A stretch of DNA of 41,522 bases from Cyanophyceae cyanobacterium (lineage in GTDB: Bacteria; Cyanobacteriota; Cyanobacteriia; Cyanobacteriales; Laspinemataceae). The position numbers were made by a program, and so were the translations under genes. The notes under the pieces are model-generated. The model did no database searches. It was not told the origin of the DNA and saw only the letters and a list, made by a program, of their open reading frames with translations. Positions 29,838-38,091 of the stretch are shown here, piece by piece. Where the stretch lies: the NCBI GenBank assembly GCA_038321985.1, contig JBBQFN010000044.1, forward strand, positions 1-41,522, read 5' to 3'. How positions within the stretch are numbered: the stretch's first letter is position 1; each line of letters opens with the position of its first letter.

Positions 29838-31670
29838 ATGCCTAAGCAGCGAACTCAATATATTTGTGACGAGTGCGGAGCCGAATTTCCCCAATGGTTT
29901 GGCAAGTGTCCCGCCTGTGATACTTACGGGTCGTTAGTCGAACAAGTAGTTCCCTCGACTTCTAGCAACCCCTCTCGGCCTAGCTTAAGTGGAAATTCTT
30001 GGATGCGGGAGGGAGGGGGAGATAAAAACAAATCCGAGGGACAACCGCGATCATCGTTTAAATTATCTCAGATTGCCGAACAAAGCATCGCTCGGTGTTC
30101 TTCAGGATACGAAGAGATGGATCGGGTCCTGGGAGGCGGCATTGTCCCTGGCTCCTTGGTCTTGATTGGTGGGGAGCCAGGAATTGGCAAATCCACCCTG
30201 CTGCTACAAGTGGCGAGTAATCTGGCCCTAGACCATCGGATTCTTTATGTGTCGGGGGAAGAGTCTGGACTGCAAGTAAAATTGCGTGCTCAGCGCTTAA
30301 TCAGCGGAGTGGACAATGGAGTGCTGGAGGAAAAGCCCCCTCAACTTCCGGCGATCGCCGATGAGACTCTAGGCATAGAACAATTGAATGGCAACGAAGA
30401 GGAACTGCTCACCCTCTCGGCTACTCTACCCCAAAATTCCTTTGGACCTGAAATCAGCCCAGCGCCATTACTGGAGAACGACCCTCAACCGACGGATCAG
30501 CCAGAGGAGACCGAGCAACTAGAAGAAACCCAGGCGACTCTAGAAACGCCCCCGGAGCCGGTCAAACCAGCGACAACCGCTCAATCCCACGAAGAACCCC
30601 GGTTTTATTTATTGCCGGAAACGGATCTCGAAGAAATACTTCGGGAACTGGAATCTCTTAAACCCTATTTAGCGGTTATTGACAGTATTCAGACGATATA
30701 TTTCCCCTCCCTGACCTCTGCACCCGGATCCGTCGCCCAGGTTCGAGAATGTACCTCAGCCCTGATGCAGGTTGCCAAGCGAGAAAATATTACCTTATTT
30801 ATTGTGGGTCACGTTACGAAAGAAGGCGGGATTGCCGGACCGAGGGTCTTAGAACATTTAGTGGATACGGTGCTGTTTTTTGAGGGCGATCGCTTTGCCA
30901 GTCACCGTCTGCTACGTTCTATGAAAAACCGATTTGGTGCCACCCATGAAATCGGGGTATTTGAAATGGTTGCTAATGGACTCAAAGAAGTCGCTAATCC
31001 CTCTGAGTTGTTTATCGGCAGTCGCGAGGAATTTTCCTCTGGTTCCTCTACAATTGTGGCTTGTGAAGGCACCCGTCCGATTGTGGTGGAGTTACAGGCA
31101 TTAGTTAGTCCGGCCAGCTTTGGTTCCCCGCGTCGCGCTACCACTGGGATAGACAGCAATCGACTGGTGCAAATTTTAGCCGTTTTGGAAAAACGAGTAG
31201 GAGTCCCTCTGTCTAAATTAGATACTTATGTTAGTTCCGTGGGGGGTTTGAATGTCAGCGAACCCGCCGCTGATTTGGGGGTAGCGATCGCCGTGGTTGC
31301 TTCTTTTCGCGATCGCATTGTCGATCCGCATACGGTGATTATTGGAGAAGTTGGTTTAGGGGGTCAAGTCCGTCCCGTCTCTCAATTAGAGTTGCGCCTA
31401 CGCGAAGCGGCCAAACTGGGATTCAAGCGGGCGATCGTTCCTCACGGCCAAAATCCTCCCGATCTCGGATTAGAGGTTATTTCCGTTTCTAAAGTGCTTG
31501 ACGCCATCATTGAAGCAATTCCGGGCCCTGCGAACCCGGCATTTTCTGAAACGCCGAGTTCCCCAGAGCAGAACACTTTTGTGCCGGGTGACACCAACGT
31601 TGATAAGTTTGTAAATGAGTTTGACGATAACTTTGATGATGACTTTGATTCGGAAAATCCAGTTTTTTAA
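29838..31670 (+). CDS. radA: DNA repair protein RadA/Sms with long acidic insertion
   Basis: Zn finger CDEC...CPAC, Walker A GEPGIGKS, VIDSIQT, KNRFG signature, Lon-like C-terminal domain. Confidence 0.96.
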   Translation: MPKQRTQYICDECGAEFPQWFGKCPACDTYGSLVEQVVPSTSSNPSRPSLSGNSWMREGGGDKNKSEGQPRSSFKLSQIAEQSIARCSSGYEEMDRVLGGGIVPGSLVLIGGEPGIGKSTLLLQVASNLALDHRILYVSGEESGLQVKLRAQRLISGVDNGVLEEKPPQLPAIADETLGIEQLNGNEEELLTLSATLPQNSFGPEISPAPLLENDPQPTDQPEETEQLEETQATLETPPEPVKPATTAQSHEEPRFYLLPETDLEEILRELESLKPYLAVIDSIQTIYFPSLTSAPGSVAQVRECTSALMQVAKRENITLFIVGHVTKEGGIAGPRVLEHLVDTVLFFEGDRFASHRLLRSMKNRFGATHEIGVFEMVANGLKEVANPSELFIGSREEFSSGSSTIVACEGTRPIVVELQALVSPASFGSPRRATTGIDSNRLVQILAVLEKRVGVPLSKLDTYVSSVGGLNVSEPAADLGVAIAVVASFRDRIVDPHTVIIGEVGLGGQVRPVSQLELRLREAAKLGFKRAIVPHGQNPPDLGLEVISVSKVLDAIIEAIPGPANPAFSETPSSPEQNTFVPGDTNVDKFVNEFDDNFDDDFDSENPVF

Positions 31671-31708
31671 TCGGTGAGCCGTTTATGAAAAACGGCTCAC
31701 CGATTAAA
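31666..31708. terminator. 19-bp perfect hairpin overlapping the radA stop
   Basis: TTTAATCGGTGAGCCGTTT-ATGAA-AAACGGCTCACCGATTAAA. Confidence 0.75.
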
Positions 31709-31919
31709 GAAATAGATGCGATCGCTGGCTTTATTTGATCTGTCCCGCAATCTCAGCAGCAGAAGCTCCCTGGTCGCCAACACAGAAATCTGTTTTCTTA
31801 CTAAAATGTTGCGGTCCCTACACCTTAACTTCTCTCCCATCGCTCATCTATTAAAGAGATAACCCGATCAGCTTTCGCAAATTCTTAAGTAGGAGTAAAT
31901 CGTTCGACTGAACGAAACA

Positions 31920-33977
31920 GTGAATGACTTGGATGGCAACACCTTGAGTAATAGCAACAAATCCGTACTAGATGAACTGAGCGCCTTAATCTGGGGAACC
32001 TCTTTATTTGGAGGGAAAATTACTGGCGCTTTGAATTCTGGGATTTTAGGTCAGGTTTCCCTTGCTCAGTTATGCCATTTATTCGTCATTTGGCGAAATG
32101 CGACATTCCTACCCAAAAATTCTCGCGTGCGGTTGGTATTCATAGAAGCCCTGATTAAAGGGATTATTGTTGCCCTACACCCCTCTAAGTTGCAACAAAC
32201 TGATCTATTTTCATCAGGTGCTTCTCTCAAAGGGTCAGAGTATAATCAAATTCAGACATGGCTAAAACGGCGAGTAACAGCTTTAAGACAAGAAGCCTTT
32301 GGAACTCACGAAAGCAAGTGCTGGCTAAAAAATATCACTCATAGTCCGATGCTATGCGGAACTGCCGAAGAAATCGGGAGTCTTGACATCCGGACTCGCA
32401 GCCATCAACTTCAGGACCTCAAGAAACAGATTGAGGCTGAACTCTATATTGATGCTTTACCCCCACAGGTTCGAGATATTTTCCGGGCTGATTGGTTACC
32501 CTGCGTCAGTTTAGTTTTATCAGAAAGCCTTCAAAATAATCGGATGATGTTAGACTTTTTGGAAGATGAAACGGAAAATTTTGCTGCTTTTCAGTGGGAT
32601 GTCGTTTCTAATCGTGAAGATGTACAAAAAGTTATTAGTCAGATTAAGAAGTTATTAAAATATCCTCAAAATTATTTAAGTTTAATTCAAATCATTGATT
32701 TTGATATTGAAAATCTTTATCAAGATGTACAAAAACTAGATCATAAAGAATCCGGGTTAGCCAGTTTGATAGAAGATGTAGCCATGACGGCAAGTCCGCG
32801 TATTTTTCTAACCGATCCTAAAGTTGAAAAAGTTTTAGAACTGTTAGAAAATAGTCAACAAATTGAAGAGTTTAATTCTAAAGAAGAAAGAAAATCAGAA
32901 GACCTTATAAACCCTAATAATTTTTCGTCTAACCGTTATAATTCTGAAAAAAAGCGAACACCTTTGGCATCGGTGGTGTTAACGGGACTCCCCGTTCCCC
33001 GTGGAGAGTCAAGTATGAATGTAGTTCGCCCAATCTGGCGATGTGTCAATACCCTCACCGGTCATTCGGATTCGGTAGTATCGGTAACTTTTGGTCAGCA
33101 AAATAGTGAACCCGAAGGGCAATCGCCTTATATGCTGGTCAGTGGGAGTTGGGATAAAAGTATTAATGTTTGGCAATTGAAAAGTTTGGGGCAACCCCAG
33201 GGATTACCAGATAGCATTACCGATAATTCCGCTTCGATTTATTCCGTTGCGGTTAGTCGCGATCGCCAGTTTTTAGCCACAGGTGGTGCGGATTACACGG
33301 TTCGGTTATGGCATCTTCCAACCGGTCGTCGGCTACATATTTTAACGGGCCATTCCGTGCCGATTTATTCGGTTGCATTTAGTCCTAATGGGGAAATTCT
33401 GGCCTCGGGTAGCGGAGACCAAACGATTAAACTTTGGCAGGTTTCTACGGGAGAATTGTTAGGCACTCTCATTGGACACTCTAGTTTTGTTTATTCCGTA
33501 ACCTTTAGTCCAGATGGTCAGCTTTTAGTGAGTGGAAGCACGGACAAAACCATTAAAATTTGGCAACTAAAGAACCAACAACTGGTTCGGACATTGATTG
33601 GAAATTCCCCTGTAACTTCAGTCTCCTTAAGTCCAAACAGTCATGTTTTAGCCAGTGCCAGTCGGGATGAAACAATTAAGTTATGGCAAATTCAGGGAAG
33701 TCCCTCAGAAGGAGGAACCAGAGCCGCTCCTACGCGGACTTTACGGGGTCATACCGCCGAAGTCCTTTGTGTAGCAATTAATCCACTCTCGCCCGTTTTA
33801 GCGAGTGGTTCTCATGATAAAACGATTAAACTTTGGCATCTGGAAAGCGGTGAATTGATGGGTACCCTAACCGGCCATTTTGATTCGGTTAATGCAGTGG
33901 CTTTTAGTTCTGACGGTCACTTTCTTGCCAGTGGCTCTCATGATAAAACGGTCAAAATTTGGCGGCCTTTTTACTAA
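31920..33977 (+). CDS. WD40-repeat protein with uncharacterised ~370-aa N-terminal region
   Basis: Seven C-terminal WD repeats (GH...SGSxDxTIKLW pattern); no recognisable kinase or NTPase motif in the N-terminal half; start uncertain. Confidence 0.85.
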   Translation: MNDLDGNTLSNSNKSVLDELSALIWGTSLFGGKITGALNSGILGQVSLAQLCHLFVIWRNATFLPKNSRVRLVFIEALIKGIIVALHPSKLQQTDLFSSGASLKGSEYNQIQTWLKRRVTALRQEAFGTHESKCWLKNITHSPMLCGTAEEIGSLDIRTRSHQLQDLKKQIEAELYIDALPPQVRDIFRADWLPCVSLVLSESLQNNRMMLDFLEDETENFAAFQWDVVSNREDVQKVISQIKKLLKYPQNYLSLIQIIDFDIENLYQDVQKLDHKESGLASLIEDVAMTASPRIFLTDPKVEKVLELLENSQQIEEFNSKEERKSEDLINPNNFSSNRYNSEKKRTPLASVVLTGLPVPRGESSMNVVRPIWRCVNTLTGHSDSVVSVTFGQQNSEPEGQSPYMLVSGSWDKSINVWQLKSLGQPQGLPDSITDNSASIYSVAVSRDRQFLATGGADYTVRLWHLPTGRRLHILTGHSVPIYSVAFSPNGEILASGSGDQTIKLWQVSTGELLGTLIGHSSFVYSVTFSPDGQLLVSGSTDKTIKIWQLKNQQLVRTLIGNSPVTSVSLSPNSHVLASASRDETIKLWQIQGSPSEGGTRAAPTRTLRGHTAEVLCVAINPLSPVLASGSHDKTIKLWHLESGELMGTLTGHFDSVNAVAFSSDGHFLASGSHDKTVKIWRPFY

Positions 33978-33999
33978 CATTCAAAGAATTGCTCGTCTT

Positions 34000-34746
34000 T
34001 TATTCAGCCTTTAAAAAGTCTAAATAACCCCGTGTCAACTCTTGAACCGCTAAATCATAAAGTTGCTTACCCTGTTCGGGAGTTGCTAAAGCTGGATTGG
34101 AACCCATTCTGCCATCAGGATACTTACGGCGAAAATCTACCGCACCATAAATGGGATAACCGGAAGCAACTTGTTTTGATAAGGGAGCTTGTTTAATGGA
34201 ATTCGGATAGACATACTGGGTAACCGCCACTTCGCTGGGGGTGGCATGGGAGCCTTCTTCATTTCCGTACAAATCTTTTGCTAATTTATAAACCGAACTG
34301 CAAGTAAACCAATTCGCAATTTGGCACTGAATGCGATCGCCATTGGGGATGTTTAAATCGGCGAGTGTATTATAAGTTTCCGAGAATGCCGCCTTGAGGG
34401 TGGCGATATTTCCACCATGACCATTAATAAAGAAAAATTTAGTAAAACCTGCCTTAGTTAAACAGGTGAGATAGTCCTGAATTACTAAAATTAAGGTACT
34501 AGGGCGGAGACTAATCGTACCCGGAAAAGAGGTATGATGCAAAGCCATTCCCACATTAATAGTGGGACCCACAACTGCCTGGGTTGCTTCCCCAACTCCT
34601 CGGGCGATCGCTTCAGCACAAATTGCATCGGTACCAATTAATCCCGTAGGGCCATGTTGTTCGGTCGAACCAATGGGTAGAATAATTCCACTCCTGTCTT
34701 GGAGATAGGTTTCGACTTCAGGCCATGTACTTAAGTGCAATAACAT
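34000..34746 (-). CDS. Creatininase/creatinine amidohydrolase family protein
   Basis: PIGSTEQHGP, GTD, NGHGGN, HATPSE metal-binding motifs. Confidence 0.92.
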   Translation of the reverse strand: MLLHLSTWPEVETYLQDRSGIILPIGSTEQHGPTGLIGTDAICAEAIARGVGEATQAVVGPTINVGMALHHTSFPGTISLRPSTLILVIQDYLTCLTKAGFTKFFFINGHGGNIATLKAAFSETYNTLADLNIPNGDRIQCQIANWFTCSSVYKLAKDLYGNEEGSHATPSEVAVTQYVYPNSIKQAPLSKQVASGYPIYGAVDFRRKYPDGRMGSNPALATPEQGKQLYDLAVQELTRGYLDFLKAE

Positions 34747-34987
34747 GGGGGTGTTGGGTAAAAGGATAAAAGTGATAGTTTAATCTCATCCCGGATTCAA
34801 ACATTAGTCCCGAGAAGCGTGCCTATTTTACCATGTTTAGGGCTAACGAGCTTTAGAGAGAAGTGGCGATCGCCACTTTAACGTTAAATAGGTAAATTTT
34901 GTTAGCCTAACTTCAACAACTCAACCACACTTTATGCTCGTTTTGTTGTAAGAATGGAAAGGATATTAAACACAACAATCATTAACC

Positions 34988-35740
34988 ATGTTTTCTGTGG
35001 AAGCAACCAAAACCCTTCCTAGGGCAGAATTCAGCAAAAATCATCGGCTCTTAGTAGTAGAAGATGAAGACCTAATTCGCGAAATGCTGGTTTTAGCCTT
35101 AGAGGAGGAAGGTTACGAAGTCAGCATTGCCGCAGATGGCCAGAGCGCCCTGAACACTCTGTATCGCTCCGAACCCCTGTCAACGGATTTTCCCTTTGAC
35201 TTAATTGTTTTAGATATCATGTTGCCCCAAGTCAATGGGCTGGATCTGTGTCGGATCCTACGTCAACAAGGAAACCCGGTGCCGATTCTGATTTTGAGTG
35301 CTAAAGGGAGCGAAACTGATCGAGTATTAGGTTTAGAAGTCGGGGCAGATGACTACCTAACCAAACCCTTTAGTATGAGAGAGTTTATTGCTCGATGTCG
35401 CGCTTTACTCCGCCGTCAGCGATTGAATGGGTTAATGGATCCTCAAATCTTGCAATTTGGAGAGATTACCTTATATCCCCAGGAATGCAGGGTGATGGTT
35501 TCGACCGAAGAGGTCAATTTATCTCCGAAAGAATTTCGCTTAATCGAGGTGTTTATGAGTTATCCCCGTCGAGTTTGGTCGCGAGATCAGTTGCTCGATC
35601 GCGTATGGGGTCCCGATTTTGTCGGAGATAGTAAAACTGTTGATGTTCATATCCGGTGGTTGCGAGAAAAATTAGAGCGGGATCCTTCCCAACCGGAGTA
35701 CATTATTACAGTCAGGGGATTTGGCTATCGCTTAGGCTAA
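34988..35740 (+). CDS. sphR: Phosphate-regulon response regulator SphR (PhoB-like)
   Basis: REC + OmpR winged helix (WGPDFVGDSKTVDVHIRWLREKLE, TVRGFGY); upstream of a kinase, phoU and phoX. Confidence 0.88.
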   Translation: MFSVEATKTLPRAEFSKNHRLLVVEDEDLIREMLVLALEEEGYEVSIAADGQSALNTLYRSEPLSTDFPFDLIVLDIMLPQVNGLDLCRILRQQGNPVPILILSAKGSETDRVLGLEVGADDYLTKPFSMREFIARCRALLRRQRLNGLMDPQILQFGEITLYPQECRVMVSTEEVNLSPKEFRLIEVFMSYPRRVWSRDQLLDRVWGPDFVGDSKTVDVHIRWLREKLERDPSQPEYIITVRGFGYRLG

Positions 35741-35959
35741 AATTGGCGACCCGTTCAATCTTGTTGCCGGGGTTACTCTGGCAGCCATTTCCCAATAGCT
35801 TCTATTATGAGCCCAATAGCGATGGCGCGGGCCTCATTGTTCTCTGGAATCTGTTCTGTCGTCGTAACGGCTGAACCCGATCGCACTCTTGGGGCCACAC
35901 CTAAGCGCTGTATGGGGTCGATCGGTGACAGCAATAGCTCTCTATATCGAGGAAGCCAG

Positions 35960-37303
35960 ATGGCTATCGCCGCATTTTTCCTGGGCCTAGCTGTAGGAAT
36001 TGGATTTTGGCTGTGCCAACAGTTTTGGATGCGCCAGCAGTTGCGGCAATGGTTGGGGGGGTTGCCGATCGATTCCTTTGGCTCATATACACCCATCATG
36101 TCTCGATTGCGGCGAGCGATCGCTTGGATGAAGCAAGAGCGACAAGAGCTAGAAGCACAGCTAGAAACTGGACGGCAATTATTACAAGTCGCCCCCATTG
36201 GATATCTCCAAGTTGATGAAGAAAACCAATTATTGTGGTGTAATTCTCAAGCTCAAGAAATCCTACAGATGAAGTGGGAACCCAGTTCCCCTCGGTTATT
36301 GCTAAAGTTCGTGCGGTCCTACGAATTAGATCAGCTCATTGACAATACCAGACAGCAGCAAAAAGCTCAGGTGCGAGAGTGGGTATTTCATCCGGCCTGT
36401 CAAAATGGGTCAGAAATGGGAAAAACGCGATCGCTAACCCTGCGAGGCTATAGTTGGCCCCTAGCCGATGGACAAGTGGGGGTATTTTTAGAAAATCGTC
36501 AACCCTTAGTTACCCTCGCTCAAAACCGCGATCGCTGGATGAACGATTTAGCCCACGAACTGAAAACTCCCCTCACGTCCATTAGCCTAGTTGCCGAAGC
36601 TTTACAAGGCCGTTTAGAGCCTCCTTGGAGCCAGCGAGTTGAGCGTTTATCGGGAGAAACCAACCGGCTGATTAAACTCGTCCACGACTGGCTTGAGCTG
36701 ACTCATCTGGAAGTCGATCCGGCCGATAAACTTGTTAACACATCCGTCGATATCTGTGCATTGCTCCAGTCCGTGTGGCAAACTCTAGAACCATTAGCCC
36801 GTCAGAAACAGCTCAATTTTGAGTATTCTGGACCGGCACAAGTATCCATAGAAGCAGACGAATCCAAGCTCTACCGCGTCTTTCTGAATATCCTAGATAA
36901 TAGTATTCGCTACAGTTCACCCCAGGGTACTATTCAAGCCCTAATCGCGACAGAACTTTTTTTGGATCGCCGCTCTCCTAGCCCGCGTAATCAGGAACAG
37001 GAAATGGTACAAATTGATATGATCGATGCAGGTTCAGGCTTTAGTCCCTCCGATCTCCCTTATATATTTGATCGCCTCTACCGAGGAGACCCTGCTAGAG
37101 CAAGGCAACCCCTCGATAGGACTTCCAGCCCGGGAAAACCCTATTCCACGAGTTCAGGCTCAGGTCTAGGCTTGGCGATCGCCCAGCAAATCATAGTAGC
37201 CCATGGGGGAACGATTAAAGCCAGTAACCATCCCCAAACCGGGGGAGCTTGGTTGCAACTGCAACTCCCACGAGATCGAGGTGCGCTCGACCCCGGCTCC
37301 TAA
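35960..37303 (+). CDS. sphS: Phosphate sensor histidine kinase SphS (PhoR-like)
   Basis: N-terminal hydrophobic helix, PAS-like region (VRSYELDQLI), AHELKTPLT, NILDNSIRYS, GSGLGLAI. ATG 35960 follows GAGGA (ORF track starts at 35807). Confidence 0.88.
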   Translation: MAIAAFFLGLAVGIGFWLCQQFWMRQQLRQWLGGLPIDSFGSYTPIMSRLRRAIAWMKQERQELEAQLETGRQLLQVAPIGYLQVDEENQLLWCNSQAQEILQMKWEPSSPRLLLKFVRSYELDQLIDNTRQQQKAQVREWVFHPACQNGSEMGKTRSLTLRGYSWPLADGQVGVFLENRQPLVTLAQNRDRWMNDLAHELKTPLTSISLVAEALQGRLEPPWSQRVERLSGETNRLIKLVHDWLELTHLEVDPADKLVNTSVDICALLQSVWQTLEPLARQKQLNFEYSGPAQVSIEADESKLYRVFLNILDNSIRYSSPQGTIQALIATELFLDRRSPSPRNQEQEMVQIDMIDAGSGFSPSDLPYIFDRLYRGDPARARQPLDRTSSPGKPYSTSSGSGLGLAIAQQIIVAHGGTIKASNHPQTGGAWLQLQLPRDRGALDPGS

Positions 37304-37407
37304 ATTCTGTATCTTTAACTTTTATTGTTTTCAGGGTATCCCCCAATACCGTTTTTTGAACCCGTTTAATCAAATAGTAAGCATTTGTAGAGTTATTTTT
37401 AAACCCA

Positions 37408-38091
37408 ATGGTTAGTCAAGCCGAACTCTCTGCTTCGTCCTATAGTAAAAATTCTAGATTGACTCATTTTAGGCGGAAAGTAAAACGTTTAGAGCGTGAC
37501 ATCTTGCGGATGGGTGCCTTAGTGGAAAATTCTTTCCGTCTAAGTCATCAGGCTTTATTTGCCCGCGATTTGTCTGCTGCCGAAGCTATTCCTTTACTCG
37601 ACAAACAAATCGATCGCTTTTATCGGCAAATCGAGTCTGAGTGCGTCATGCTGATGACCTTGCAAGCCCCAGCCGCAATGGATTCCCGCTTGCTGGGTGC
37701 CTTCATGCAGCTTGTGCGGGACCTAGAGCGCATTGGTGACTACGCTCAAGATATCTCCGAAATTGCTGTTAAACTTTTTCCTTATCCACCCCATCCTTGT
37801 ATGGCGGAAATTGAGGAAATGTCCCATCAAGCCAGAGCCATGCTGGCAACTAGCCTCGTTGCATTAGCCGATCTCGATGCAGAAGTGGGTCAACGGATTA
37901 AGCAACTCGACTCGATTGTAGATGATGCCTACCATAACCTTTATGAAATCCTAGCCAATCAGCGAGATATTAAAGGAGTCGTCGAACCTATATTATTAAT
38001 GGCCTTACTGATTCGTCATCTTGAACGGATGGCTGATCATGCGACGAATATCGGCCAGCGAGTCTCCTATATCGTCACGGGTCATCGATGA
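37408..38091 (+). CDS. phoU: Phosphate signalling protein PhoU (SphU)
   Basis: Two PhoU repeats: RDLERIGDY and RHLERMADHATNI. Confidence 0.95.
   Translation: MVSQAELSASSYSKNSRLTHFRRKVKRLERDILRMGALVENSFRLSHQALFARDLSAAEAIPLLDKQIDRFYRQIESECVMLMTLQAPAAMDSRLLGAFMQLVRDLERIGDYAQDISEIAVKLFPYPPHPCMAEIEEMSHQARAMLATSLVALADLDAEVGQRIKQLDSIVDDAYHNLYEILANQRDIKGVVEPILLMALLIRHLERMADHATNIGQRVSYIVTGHR

Noticed and set aside
30300..30600. Intein in RadA
   Set aside because: No His-Asn/nucleophile junction or endonuclease motif; the sequence is low-complexity.
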